A stretch of DNA of 64,000 nucleotides from an uncultured Gemmatimonadales bacterium (GTDB lineage: Bacteria > Gemmatimonadota > Gemmatimonadetes > Gemmatimonadales > Gemmatimonadaceae), in contig CAWKNZ010000006.1 in assembly GCA_963851265.1 (NCBI GenBank), positions 128,001-192,000 on the forward strand, written 5' to 3'. How positions within the stretch are numbered: the first letter of the stretch is position 1; every line of letters begins with the position of its first letter. The notes beneath the pieces are model-generated. The model searched no databases. It worked only from the letters and a program-made list of their open reading frames with translations, and was not told the origin of the DNA. A program made the position numbers and the translations under genes. Of the stretch, positions 1 through 12,377 are shown piece by piece.

Positions 1-942
1 GAGGCCGTCCACCACCTTGGGGCCCGTCCACCCCTTGGGTGTGACCAGCACGATCATCGGCCACCGCGGGCGCTCGGTCACGCCGTCCTCGCGGGCGCGC
101 CGCTGGATGTCGCGCACCTCGCCGACCACCGCGTCTAACGCCGCCGCCAGCTGCTGATGCACGAGCACGGGGTCATCCCCCTCGACCACGCGCGGCGCGT
201 AGCCGTAGCCGTGCAGCAGCTCGAGCAATTCGGCGCGTGGGATCCGCGCGAGCACGGTGGGGCCCGCGATCTTGTAGCCGTTGAGGTGCAGGATGGGCAG
301 CACCGCGCCGTCGCGCGCGGGGTCGAGGAACTTGTTCGAGTGCCAGCTCGCGGCGAGCGGCCCGGTCTCGGCCTCGCCGTCGCCGATCACGCAGCAGACG
401 AACAGGTCGGGGTTGTCGAACGCGGCTCCGGTCGCGTGCACGAGCGCGTAGCCGAGCTCCCCCCCCTCGTGGATCGACCCGGGCGTCTCGGGCGCGACGT
501 GGCTCGGGATGCCGCCGGGGAAGGAGAACTGCTTGAACAGCCGCTGCATGCCCGCGGCGTCGCGCGAGACGTGGGGGTACACCTCGCTGTACGTGCCCTC
601 GAGGTAGACGTTGGCGACCACGCCCGGGCCGCCGTGCCCCGGTCCGGCGATGTAGATCGCGTCGAGCCCGTGCCGCCGGATCGCGCGGTTCATGTGCGCG
701 TAGACGAGGTTGAGCCCGGGCGTCGTGCCCCAGTGACCGAGCAGCCGCGGCTTGACGTGCGCGAGCGTGAGCGGCTCCCGCAGGAGCGGGTTGTCGAGCA
801 GGTAGATCTGCCCGACGGACAGGTAGTTGGCCGCGCGCCAGTAGGCGTCGATCAGATGCAGCTCGTCCTCCCCGAGCGGAGCCGGCTGGGGCGGGGCAGC
901 GGGCGTGCCGTCGGGCTCGGTGGGGTGGAGAACGGACGTCAT
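1..942 (-). CDS. xfp: Phosphoketolase (XFP family), 5' part; runs off the window start
   Basis: Not in the ORF track. Manual translation from ATG at 942 (GGAG upstream) gives MTSVLHP...[24 protein letters not shown]...[15 protein letters not shown]...GPGHGGP...[10 protein letters not shown]...GDGEAETG, typical of phosphoketolases. Confidence 0.93.
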   Translation of the reverse strand, partial: MTSVLHPTEPDGTPAAPPQPAPLGEDELHLIDAYWRAANYLSVGQIYLLDNPLLREPLTLAHVKPRLLGHWGTTPGLNLVYAHMNRAIRRHGLDAIYIAGPGHGGPGVVANVYLEGTYSEVYPHVSRDAAGMQRLFKQFSFPGGIPSHVAPETPGSIHEGGELGYALVHATGAAFDNPDLFVCCVIGDGEAETGPLAASWHSNKFLDPARDGAVLPILHLNGYKIAGPTVLARIPRAELLELLHGYGYAPRVVEGDDPVLVHQQLAAALDAVVGEVRDIQRRAREDGVTERPRWPMIVLVTPKGWTGPKVVDGL

Positions 943-1060
943 GACACTCCGGGTAGGGGGAACGCCGCAGGCCCGCCGCAGCGTGCGTGCCACCTGCACC
1001 CGTCGTGTACCTTCTGCCGCGGCCGATCGCGCGTCGTCTCCTCCTTCCGCTCTCTCGCCG

Positions 1061-2374
1061 ATGCTCGGATTTCGTCGCTTGCGTGTGTTTGTAACGATCG
1101 TGCTCGCGGCACCGTCGCCGCTCCTGGCCCAGCCCGCGACCACGGGCGGCTTCAGCGCGGCGCGGCTGGCGCGGATCGACAGCGTCTTCCAGGGCGCGGT
1201 CGATCGCGGCGAGATGGCCGGTGCGGTCGCGCTCGTTCTCCGCGACGGGCAACCGGTGTACGAGCGGGCAATCGGATGGGCCGACCGCGACGCGGGGCGG
1301 CGCATGACACCGTCGACGCTCTTCCGCATCGCGTCGCAGACGAAGGCGCTGACGAGCGTCGCGGTCATGATGCTCGTCGAGGAAGGCAGGCTCGGGCTCT
1401 CGGACCCCGTGGCGCGCTACATCCCGGCGTTCGCGCACACGACGGTCGCGGAAGGTACGGACGCCGGCCGCGCCGCGGTGCCGGCCCGCCGCGCGATCAC
1501 CATCCGTGACCTGCTGACGCACACGTCGGGGATCTCGTACGGCACCGACAGCGTCGTCGCCCCGCTCTACGCGGCGCGCGGGCTGGGGCCCGCCGCCGGC
1601 TTCGGCTGGTATCTCGCCGACAAGCCCGCACCCATCTGCGCGACCGTCGACCAGATCGCGTCGCTCCCGTTCGTCGCCCAGCCCGGCGAGCGCTTCGTCT
1701 ACGGCTACAGCACGGACGTGCTCGGCTGCGTGGTCGAGCGCGTGTCGGGCACGCCGCTGGACGCGTTCTTCCGCGAGCGCATCACGGGCCCGCTCGGCAT
1801 GCGCGACACGCGCTTCTTCGTCCCGCCGGCCGAGCGGGCGCGGCTCGCGACCGTGTACGCGAGCGCCGGGCCGGCGCCCGGCGGGACGCGCGCGGCGCCG
1901 GTGCGGCCCGCGCCGGCCGGCGCGCGCGGGCAGGGCGACTACGTGGACGGCCCGCGCGTCAGCTTCTCCGGAGGCGCCGGGCTCACCTCGACCGCGCGCG
2001 ACTACGCGCGCTTCCTCGAGATGCTGCGCAACGGCGGGGCGCTCGGGGGCGTGCGCCTGCTCGGGCCCAAGACCGTCGCGCTGATGACGACGAACCAGAC
2101 CGGGACGCTGTTCTCCGCGGGCGGCGAGGGATTCGGGCTCGGGTTCCAGGTATTGGAGCGCGCCGGTGCGAACGGGCGAGCGGAGTCGGTGGGTACCTTC
2201 GGTTGGGGCGGCGCCTACGGCAGCACGTACGAGGTCGATCCGAAGGAAGGGATCGTGCTCGTCGTCCTCACCCAGCAGCTGCCGAACGCGAGCGACGCGC
2301 TCGGCCGGTTCCCGATGCTCGTCTACCAGGCGCTCGTCGAACCGCGGGGGGGCGCTGACGCGGGCCGGCGCTGA
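1061..2374 (+). CDS. Secreted serine hydrolase (beta-lactamase/AmpC-like superfamily)
   Basis: ORF 905..2374; likely start [10 protein letters not shown] with signal peptide; SxxK motif [30 protein letters not shown]. Confidence 0.88.
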   Translation: MLGFRRLRVFVTIVLAAPSPLLAQPATTGGFSAARLARIDSVFQGAVDRGEMAGAVALVLRDGQPVYERAIGWADRDAGRRMTPSTLFRIASQTKALTSVAVMMLVEEGRLGLSDPVARYIPAFAHTTVAEGTDAGRAAVPARRAITIRDLLTHTSGISYGTDSVVAPLYAARGLGPAAGFGWYLADKPAPICATVDQIASLPFVAQPGERFVYGYSTDVLGCVVERVSGTPLDAFFRERITGPLGMRDTRFFVPPAERARLATVYASAGPAPGGTRAAPVRPAPAGARGQGDYVDGPRVSFSGGAGLTSTARDYARFLEMLRNGGALGGVRLLGPKTVALMTTNQTGTLFSAGGEGFGLGFQVLERAGANGRAESVGTFGWGGAYGSTYEVDPKEGIVLVVLTQQLPNASDALGRFPMLVYQALVEPRGGADAGRR

Positions 2375-2473
2375 CGCCGGCGGGCCCGCGCCCTTGCGTG
2401 CGGGCTACGTCGGGGCGCACTGTGCGATGGTCGTTCCGTGCCTGTTCGCGCTCACCCGCCCGAGGTTGCTCGC

Positions 2474-5400
2474 GTGACCGCTCTCCCGCCTTCCCGTGCC
2501 CCCCGGCGCGCCCTGTGGCGCGTCGCACCCGCCGCCGTGCCCGCCGCGGTCGCCGCCCTCCTCACCGTGCTCCCCCCCGCGCGATCGACGGCGCAGGCCG
2601 CGGCCGCGCCCGGGGCGCCGACCGCCGGCTCCGACACCAGCGCCTTCGGCGCGCTCACGTGGCGCGAGATCGGCCCCTACCGCGGCGGCCGCTCGGTGAC
2701 CGTGGCGGGGAGCGCCGCCCGGCCGCTCGAGTACTGGATGGGCACGACCGGTGGCGGCGTGTTCAAGACCGCCGACGGCGGAATGACGTGGGCGCCCACG
2801 AGCGACAAGGCGTTCGGCGGCACGGTCGGCTACATCGGCGTGAGCGCGAGCAACCCCGACGTGGTCTACGTCGGCACCGGCGAGTACGCCATCCGCGGCA
2901 ACGTCTCGCACGGCGAGGGGGTGTACAAGACCACCGACGGCGGCAAGACGTGGAGCTTCGTCGGGCTGAAGGCGACGCGCCAGATCAGCCGCGTGCGCGT
3001 GCACCCCACCAACCCGAACGTGGTGTGGGTGGCCGCCCAGGGGGCGTTCTGGGGGCCGAATAAGGAGCGCGGGGTCTACAAGACCACCGACGGCGGGGCG
3101 TCGTGGCGGCAGGTGCTGTTCCGCAACGATTCGACGGGCGCCTGTGACCTCGTCGTGGACCCGAGCAACCCGAACGTGCTCTACGCCGCGTTCTGGCAGT
3201 CGTACCGCAACGCGTACGCGCTGTCGTCGGGCGGGGCGGGCGGTGCGCTCTACAAGAGCACCGACGGCGGCGAGCACTGGGCCGAGCTCACGCACAACGC
3301 CGGGCTCCCCGGCGGCGTGTTAGGCAACATCGGGCTCGCCGTCTCGCCGGCCAACCCGCGGCGGCTCTGGGCGAGCATCGAGGCCGACTCGGGCGGCATC
3401 TACCGCAGCGACGACGCGGGCGCGACCTGGCGGCGCGTGAACGAGGACCGCAAGCTGCGGCAGCGCGCGTGGTACTACTCGCGCATCTTCGCCGACCCCA
3501 AGGACACCAACACCGTCTACGCGCTCAACGTCGGCTTCTACCGCTCCGTCGACGGCGGCCGGACCTTCAAGCAGCCGATCGCGGTGCCGCACGGCGACAA
3601 CCACGACCTGTGGATCGCGCCCAACGACCCGCAGCGGATGATCGAGGGCAACGACGGCGGCGCCACGGTGTCGATGAACGCCGGGAAGACGTGGACCGAG
3701 GAGAACTTCGCCACGGCGCAGTTCTACCACGTGACGGCGACCAACGAGTTCCCGTACCGGGTCTGCGGCGCGCAGCAGGACAACAGCACGCTCTGCGGGC
3801 CGAGCCGGTGGCCGGGCGGCATCGGGCGCGAGCTGTGGGTGGACGCGGGCGGGGGCGAGAGCGGCTACATCGCCGTCGACCCGCTGCACCCCGAGATCGC
3901 CTACGCGGGGAGCTACGGCGGGCTGCTCACGCGCAAGAACATGCGCACCGAGCAGGAGACGCAGGTGAACCCGTGGCCCGACAACCCGATGGGGCACTCG
4001 TCGGGCGACCTCGCGTACCGCTTCCAGTGGACGTACCCGATCGTGTTCTCGCCGCACGACCCGACGGTGCTCTACGCCGGCGGTAACCACGTCTTCCGCA
4101 CGGCCAACGGCGGGCAGAGTTGGGAGGTGATCTCGCCCGACCTCACGCGCCACGACCCGCGCACGATGGGCGCCTCGGGCGGGCCGATCACGAAGGACCA
4201 GACGGGCGTCGAGACGTACGCGACGATCTTCTCCATCGCCGAGTCGCCGCGCACGCGCGGCGTGATCTGGACGGGGAGCGACGACGGGCTGGTCTACCTC
4301 ACGCGCGACGGCGGCCGCGCGTGGCGGAACGTGACCCCGCCGGGGATGGGCGAGCTGCCGCGCATCTCGCTCGTCGAGGCGTCGCCGCACGACCCGGCGG
4401 TGGCCTACGTCGCCGCGAACCGGTACCAGTTCGGCGACCTGCGCCCGATGTTCTACAAGACGGCCGACTACGGCCGCACCTGGACGCCGATCGTCAACGG
4501 CCTCCCCGCCGAGGAGTTCGCGCGCGCGATCCGCGAGGACCCCGTGCGGCGCGGGCTGCTCTACGCGGCGACGGAGCGCGGCGTGTGGGTGTCGTTCGAC
4601 GACGGCGGCCGCTGGCAGAACCTGCGCCGCAACCTGCCGCCCGTGCCGGTGCACGACCTGCTCGTGAAGGAGGGCGACCTCGTCGCGGCGACGCACGGGC
4701 GCTCGTTCTACGTGATGGACGACCTCTCCGCGCTGCGGCAGATGACGCCGCAGACCGCGGCGTCCCCCGCGCACCTCTACGCGCCGCGCGACGCCTACCG
4801 CGTGAGCTGGGGCGGCGGGTTCGGCGAGGGGCGCCGCCAGGCCGGCAAGAACCCGCCGAGCGGCGCGTCCGTGTACTACTCGCTCGCCCGCCCCAACCAG
4901 GACGTGACGCTCGAGTTCCTCGACGCGCGCGGCCGGGTCATCCGCCAGTTCACGTCGCGGCTCGATTCGTTAGGCGTGGCCGACTCGGTGCGCGCCGACA
5001 GCGTGCGCCGCGCGCGCGCCGACTCGGTCGCGCGCGCCGGCGGGCTCCCGCGCACCCCCAACCCGCAGCTCGGCACCGCGGCCCTCCGCGCGGAGAGCGG
5101 CGTGGGAAGCCCGGGCGGCGAGCCCGAGGTCGACTTCGAGGAGCTCGCGCGTCGCGGGCCGCGCGCGCCGCGGGTGCCCAACAAGGCCGGGCTCAACACC
5201 TTCGCCTGGGACCTGCGCGAGCCGGACGCCGTGCGCTTCGACAACATGATCCTCTGGGCGGGATCGACCAGCGGCCCGATGGTGCCCCCGGGCACGTACG
5301 CGGTGCGGATGACCGTCGCGGGGCAGCCCGCGCAGACGCAGCGCCTCGTCGTGCGCGCCGACCCGCGCTCGAAGGCGACGCCCGCCGACGTGGAGGCCAC

Positions 5401-5923
5401 GGTCGCGCTGCAGCGCCACGTGCTCGACCGCCTGAGCGAGGCGAACCGCGCCGTGCGCACCGTGCGCAACGTGCGCGCCCAACTCGCCGCGCGCGCGGCG
5501 CAGGTGCCCGCGGGCGAGCGCGCCGCGTTCGACGCGCAGGCGCGCCCGCTGCTCGCCGCGCTCGCGGCCGCCGAGGAGGAGATCTACCAGGTGCGGAACC
5601 AGAGCTCGCAGGACCCGCTCAACTTTCCGATCCGCATCAACAACAAGCTCGCCGCGCTCGCCGGCGTCGTCGCCACCGCCGACCCGCGGCCGACGCGCCA
5701 GTCGTACGTCGTGTTCGACTCGCTCTCCAAGCAGCTGCAGACCCAGCTCGACGCCCTGCACCGCGCGACAGGTTCGCAGCTGACGGCGGTAAACGCGGCG
5801 CTCCAGCGCCTCGGCCTCAAGCCCGTCGTGCCCAGCGACGCGGAGATCCGCGCCGGCGGCACGCCGCAGATCACGGCGGAGGAGGACGAGGCGGCCGGCG
5901 AGGGCGAGCGCCGCCGGTGGTAG
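2474..5923 (+). CDS. Secreted VPS10/sortilin-like BNR (Asp-box) repeat beta-propeller protein
   Basis: ORF 2438..5923; signal peptide, WREIGPYRGGRS, many (S/T)xDGGxTW Asp-boxes, HGDNHDLWI, GAQQDN, helical C-terminus. Confidence 0.85.
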   Translation: MTALPPSRAPRRALWRVAPAAVPAAVAALLTVLPPARSTAQAAAAPGAPTAGSDTSAFGALTWREIGPYRGGRSVTVAGSAARPLEYWMGTTGGGVFKTADGGMTWAPTSDKAFGGTVGYIGVSASNPDVVYVGTGEYAIRGNVSHGEGVYKTTDGGKTWSFVGLKATRQISRVRVHPTNPNVVWVAAQGAFWGPNKERGVYKTTDGGASWRQVLFRNDSTGACDLVVDPSNPNVLYAAFWQSYRNAYALSSGGAGGALYKSTDGGEHWAELTHNAGLPGGVLGNIGLAVSPANPRRLWASIEADSGGIYRSDDAGATWRRVNEDRKLRQRAWYYSRIFADPKDTNTVYALNVGFYRSVDGGRTFKQPIAVPHGDNHDLWIAPNDPQRMIEGNDGGATVSMNAGKTWTEENFATAQFYHVTATNEFPYRVCGAQQDNSTLCGPSRWPGGIGRELWVDAGGGESGYIAVDPLHPEIAYAGSYGGLLTRKNMRTEQETQVNPWPDNPMGHSSGDLAYRFQWTYPIVFSPHDPTVLYAGGNHVFRTANGGQSWEVISPDLTRHDPRTMGASGGPITKDQTGVETYATIFSIAESPRTRGVIWTGSDDGLVYLTRDGGRAWRNVTPPGMGELPRISLVEASPHDPAVAYVAANRYQFGDLRPMFYKTADYGRTWTPIVNGLPAEEFARAIREDPVRRGLLYAATERGVWVSFDDGGRWQNLRRNLPPVPVHDLLVKEGDLVAATHGRSFYVMDDLSALRQMTPQTAASPAHLYAPRDAYRVSWGGGFGEGRRQAGKNPPSGASVYYSLARPNQDVTLEFLDARGRVIRQFTSRLDSLGVADSVRADSVRRARADSVARAGGLPRTPNPQLGTAALRAESGVGSPGGEPEVDFEELARRGPRAPRVPNKAGLNTFAWDLREPDAVRFDNMILWAGSTSGPMVPPGTYAVRMTVAGQPAQTQRLVVRADPRSKATPADVEATVALQRHVLDRLSEANRAVRTVRNVRAQLAARAAQVPAGERAAFDAQARPLLAALAAAEEEIYQVRNQSSQDPLNFPIRINNKLAALAGVVATADPRPTRQSYVVFDSLSKQLQTQLDALHRATGSQLTAVNAALQRLGLKPVVPSDAEIRAGGTPQITAEEDEAAGEGERRRW

Positions 5924-6357
5924 CCCCGTTCGTCCCGCCGGACCGCTTCCACGCGACCACGTCGACCGTCCTCGACGGCTACGACGTGGTCGAGGTCCTC
6001 GGCCTCGTCCGCGGCATCACCGTGCGGTCGCGTTCGGTGTTCGGGCGCATCGGCGCGGGCTTTCAGCAGCTCGTGGGCGGTGAGGTCACCATCCTCACCG
6101 AACTCTGCGAGCAGACCCGCGCCCGCGCGTTCGAGATCGCCGTCGAGCACGCGCGCACGCTCGGCGGCAACGCGCTCATCGCGCTTCGCTACGACGCCAC
6201 CGAGATCATGTCGGGCGTGTCGGAGGTGTTGTGCTACGGCACCGCCGTGCGCGTGGTCGCGCGCGGCGCGGCGCGCGACCACGCGCGCGATGCGGCGACC
6301 GTCGAGATGGGCAGCGTCGCGATCGGGTCCGCCGCGGCGGTGTCGCGCCGAGTCTGA
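5917..6357 (+). CDS. YbjQ (UPF0145) family putative heavy-metal-binding protein
   Basis: 3' end of ORF 4120..6357; GTG overlaps the upstream TAG; TTSTVLDGYDVVEVLGLVRGITVRSR...LVGGE...GGNALIALRYD...EVLCYGTAV. Confidence 0.85.
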   Translation: MVAPFVPPDRFHATTSTVLDGYDVVEVLGLVRGITVRSRSVFGRIGAGFQQLVGGEVTILTELCEQTRARAFEIAVEHARTLGGNALIALRYDATEIMSGVSEVLCYGTAVRVVARGAARDHARDAATVEMGSVAIGSAAAVSRRV

Positions 6358-6491
6358 CGGCGTCGCCGGTCGCGACACGGCGGCCGGCACTCTTGACAGA
6401 ATGTGGCGCCGGCCGCCTTTTGGCGGCGGGGCGCGCGGTAGGTGCCGCGCCCTGTCCTCCCAGCCGTCTCCCCCCCGTCGTCCGCCGCGCC

Positions 6492-9299
6492 GTGCCCCGC
6501 CATCCCCTCCACGCGCGCCACGTGCGCCGCGCCGCCGCCCTCGCCGCGCTCTGCGCGGTCCCGCTCACCGCTCCCGCGCGCGCGCGGGCCCAGGCCGGGC
6601 GCGCCGTCCCCGCCTCCGCGCCCCCAGCGGCCGGCGCCCCGACCCGCGTGACCTCGGTCGAGGGCATCACGGAGTACCGCCTCGCCAACGGGCTGCGCGT
6701 GCTCCTCTTCCCCGACGCGTCCAAGCCCACCGCCACCGTCAACATCACCTACTTCGTCGGATCCGCGAAGGAGGGCTACGGCGAGACGGGGATGGCGCAC
6801 CTGCTCGAGCACATGGTGTTCAAGGGCTCGACGCACCACACGAACATCCCGCAGGAGCTGACGGCCCACGGCGCGCGGCCCAACGGTACCACCTGGCTCG
6901 AGCGGACCAACTACTTCGAGACGGTGCCCGCCGGCGACACGACGCTCGCCTGGGCGCTCGACCTCGAGGCCGACCGGATGGTGAACTCGTTCATCGCCGA
7001 CAAGGACCTGCGGAGCGAGTTCTCGGTGGTGCGCAACGAGTTCGAGATGGGCGAGAACAGCCCCTTCAACGTGACGATGGAGCGCGCGATGTCGGCCGCG
7101 TTCCTCTGGCACGGGTACGGGCGGTCGACGATCGGCAACCGGTCCGATATCGAGAACGTGCCGATTCCGCGGCTGCAGGCGTTCTACCGCAAGTACTACC
7201 AGCCCGACAACGCGATGCTCGTCGTCGCGGGCAAGTTCGATCCCGACCGCACGCTCGCCGTCGTGCAGGAGAAGTTCGGCCGGATCCCGCGCCCCGCGCG
7301 CACGCTCGACCCCTCGTACACCGTCGAGCCGGTGCAGGACGGCGAGCGCGGCGTCACGGTCCGCCGCGTCGGCGACGTGCAGCTCGCCTTCGCGCTCTAC
7401 CACATTCCCTCCGGCGCGCACGCGGACTTCCCCGCGGTCGACGTGCTCACCGAGGTGCTCGGCAGCGAGCCGTCGGGGCGCCTGTACCAGGCGCTCGTCG
7501 TGCCGAAGCGCGCGGCGTCCGCCGGCGCGTTCAGCTTCGAGACGCACGATCCGGGCGTGCTCATCACCTTCGCCCAGGTGCGGAAGGAGGACTCGCTCGC
7601 GGTGACGCAGCGGGTCCTGATGGCGACCCTCGACTCGGCTTCGCGCGCGGCGCCGACGGCGGCTGAGGTCGACCGCGCCAAGACGGCGCTGCTCACGCAG
7701 TGGGACCTCACGTTCAACGATTCGGAGCGCGCCGCGCTCGTGCTCTCCGAATCGGCGGCCGCGGGTGACTGGCGCCTGTTCTTCCTGCAGCGCGACCGCA
7801 TCAAGCAGGTGACGCCCGCCGACGTGCAGCGCGTCGCGGCCGCGTACCTCAAGCCGTCCAACCGGACGACCGCGCTGTTCGTCCCGACGGCCGCGCCCGA
7901 CCGCGCCGAGATGCCGCCGACGCCTAACGTCGACGCGCTGGTGGCGGGCTACAAGGGGAACGCCGCGCTCGCCGCCGGCGAGGTGTTCGACCCGTCGCCG
8001 ACCACGGTCGACGCGCGCACCGCGCGCACGCGCCTCGCGAGCGGCCTGCAGCTCGCCCTGCTGCCCAAGAAGACGCGGGGCGGCACCGTCACCGCCGCGT
8101 TCACGCTGCGCACGGGCGACGAGGCCTCGTTGCAGGGGCGCGCGACCGCGGCGGCGATGACGGCGCAGATGATCCTCCGCGGCACGAAGGCGCTCACGCG
8201 CCAGCAGGTCAAGGACTCGCTCGACAAGCTCAAGGCGAACGTGTCGGTGTACGGCGGCCCGACGCAGGTGAGCGGGCAGATCGAGACGACGCGCGCGAAC
8301 CTGCCGGCCGCGCTCCGGCTCGTCGGCCAGTCGCTCCGCGAGCCGGCGCTCGACGCGAAGGAGTTCGAGCTGCTCCGCTCCGACCAGCTCGCGCAGCTCG
8401 ACGACCAGCGCAGCGAGCCGACCGCACTCGGGTCGATCGCCTACCAGCGACTGCTCAACCCGCACGCGAAGGGACACCCGCTCTACATCCAGACCATCGA
8501 CGAGCAGGGGGCGGAGCTGCGCGCGCTCACGGCGGACGACGTGCGCCGCTTCCACCGCGACTTCTACGGCGCCAGCGCCGGCGAGCTGGCCGTGGTCGGC
8601 GACTTCGACCGCGCCGCGATCGCCGCCCTCGCCGACTCGCTGTTCGGCGGCTGGAAGAGCGCGACCGCATACCACCGCGTGCCCGTGCCCTACACGGCCC
8701 TCGCCGCCGGCACGCAGTCGATCCTCACCCCGGACAAGGCGAACGCGTTCTTCCTGGGCGGCACCAACGTCCGCCTCCGCGACGACGACCCGGACTACCC
8801 GGCCCTGCTCCTCGCGAACTACATGTTGGGCGGGGGATTCCTCAACTCGCGCCTCGCGACGCGCATCCGCCAGAAGGAAGGAATCAGCTACGGCGTGGGC
8901 TCGCAGTTCCAGGCGAGCGCGCTCGATTCGGTGGGCAGCTTCACGACGTACGCCATCTACGCCCCGCAGAACGTCGACCGGCTGGAGCGGGCCTTCCGCG
9001 AGGAGCTCGCCCGTGCGGGCAAGGACGGCTTCACGGCCGACGAGGTCGCGCAGGCCAAGGCCGGGTGGCTGCAGAACCGGCAGACGAACCGCGCCGAGGA
9101 CGCGGGGCTCGCCCGCGCGTTGGGCACCCAGCTCTACCTCGGCCGCACGACGGCGTGGGACGCCGGCGTCGAGGCGCGCGTGGCGGCGCTCACGCCCGAC
9201 CAGGTGCGCGCTGCATTCGCCCGCGCGGTGGACCCGTCGCACGTGGTGATCGTGAAGGCCGGCGACTGGAGCAAGAAGGCGCAGGGCGCGGTGCCCTGA
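6492..9299 (+). CDS. Secreted M16 family zinc peptidase (pitrilysin/PqqL-like)
   Basis: ORF 6231..9299; signal peptide, EYRLANGLRVLL, inverted zincin motif HLLEH, NGTTWLERTNY, C-terminal SRLATRIRQKEGISYG. Confidence 0.92.
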   Translation: MPRHPLHARHVRRAAALAALCAVPLTAPARARAQAGRAVPASAPPAAGAPTRVTSVEGITEYRLANGLRVLLFPDASKPTATVNITYFVGSAKEGYGETGMAHLLEHMVFKGSTHHTNIPQELTAHGARPNGTTWLERTNYFETVPAGDTTLAWALDLEADRMVNSFIADKDLRSEFSVVRNEFEMGENSPFNVTMERAMSAAFLWHGYGRSTIGNRSDIENVPIPRLQAFYRKYYQPDNAMLVVAGKFDPDRTLAVVQEKFGRIPRPARTLDPSYTVEPVQDGERGVTVRRVGDVQLAFALYHIPSGAHADFPAVDVLTEVLGSEPSGRLYQALVVPKRAASAGAFSFETHDPGVLITFAQVRKEDSLAVTQRVLMATLDSASRAAPTAAEVDRAKTALLTQWDLTFNDSERAALVLSESAAAGDWRLFFLQRDRIKQVTPADVQRVAAAYLKPSNRTTALFVPTAAPDRAEMPPTPNVDALVAGYKGNAALAAGEVFDPSPTTVDARTARTRLASGLQLALLPKKTRGGTVTAAFTLRTGDEASLQGRATAAAMTAQMILRGTKALTRQQVKDSLDKLKANVSVYGGPTQVSGQIETTRANLPAALRLVGQSLREPALDAKEFELLRSDQLAQLDDQRSEPTALGSIAYQRLLNPHAKGHPLYIQTIDEQGAELRALTADDVRRFHRDFYGASAGELAVVGDFDRAAIAALADSLFGGWKSATAYHRVPVPYTALAAGTQSILTPDKANAFFLGGTNVRLRDDDPDYPALLLANYMLGGGFLNSRLATRIRQKEGISYGVGSQFQASALDSVGSFTTYAIYAPQNVDRLERAFREELARAGKDGFTADEVAQAKAGWLQNRQTNRAEDAGLARALGTQLYLGRTTAWDAGVEARVAALTPDQVRAAFARAVDPSHVVIVKAGDWSKKAQGAVP

Positions 9300-9369
9300 G
9301 TCCGACGCCGCGCGAGGCGTGCCCGTTAGGCAGCTGCGCGGTCGTCGGCGCGCGCGTGCGCCAGACGGA

Positions 9370-9817
9370 GCGCCTAGCTGGGCGGCGCAGGTCGGCGGCG
9401 GGAACGCCGGTGGTCTGCTCGACGCGATCGGGCGTGTTGGGGCCACGGCGCCGGTCGAGCACGCGCATGCGGATGATCGTGTTCTGCGACGCGATGTTGT
9501 GCCCGCAGTGCAGGACCGCGTCGGTGGTGTCGAGGTCGCGTAGCCGGCCAGCTGTCCGTCGGAGCCGAACGACTTCTTTATCGCTTCGGCGGAGGTCGCC
9601 GTGCAGAGCCGCGTGTTGCCGTCCGTGTGCGGTGTGCCGAGCCCGGCGTTTTCCATCACGGCGAGCGTGTGGTAATCCTCGATGATCAACTGCCCGGCGT
9701 TGTAGAGGCCGACTCCATCGCCTCGTCCCAGCGCGCCTCTTCGAGTCTCGCGCGCCTGCCGCCGCGGTGCGGCGTGCGGGCTCCCCAGATGTCGGCGATC
9801 GAATCACGGGTCTGCAT
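9370..9817 (-). pseudogene. Degraded remnant of a molybdopterin oxidoreductase (assimilatory nitrate reductase-like)
   Basis: Colinear fragments with frame changes between them: MQTRDSIADIWGARTP / RLEEARWDEAM / GLYNAGQLIIEDYHTLA...GTPHTDGNTRLCTATSAEAIKKSFGSDG / DAVLHCGHNIASQNT..RVLDR / TPDRVEQTTGVPAADLR. Only about 450 bp remain of a normally >2 kb gene. Confidence 0.75.
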
Positions 9818-10060
9818 CGGCGTGCGGCGGCCTGGGCCGCCGAGCCGGGTGGTGTGAAGCGGACATCACGGATCCGGTCGCGCCGCGGGCGAGGACCGTG
9901 ACACGGAGACCAGACGATCGAATTGCAGTCGACCGGCGTTGCGACGCGCCGCCCGGGCGAGTCTGTTTCATACGTCGCACGCGTCGCTTGATCGGTTCGC
10001 GCCCGCGACGCGCGTCCGGCGCCGTCGTGCAGGGCCGCATTCCCCTCCAGGCCGCCCCGC

Positions 10061-12376
<2,316 letters not shown>

Positions 12377-12377
12377 T

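Noticed and set aside
157..1522. ORFs 157..1509 (+) and 173..1522 (-)
   Set aside because: Off-frame or antisense to the phosphoketolase gene, which the track missed because it runs off the window.
1061..2374. Antibiotic-resistance beta-lactamase
   Set aside because: Generic AmpC-like serine hydrolase without a KTG motif; no mobile-element context.
6393..6428. TTGACA and GCCGCC-TTTT-GGCGGC hairpin upstream of the M16 gene
   Set aside because: No -10 element at proper spacing and the stem is short for this GC content; cannot be supported.
6234..9689. 1151-aa minus-strand ORF
   Set aside because: Antisense shadow of the M16 gene; only its first ~50 codons are meaningful, as part of the pseudogene.
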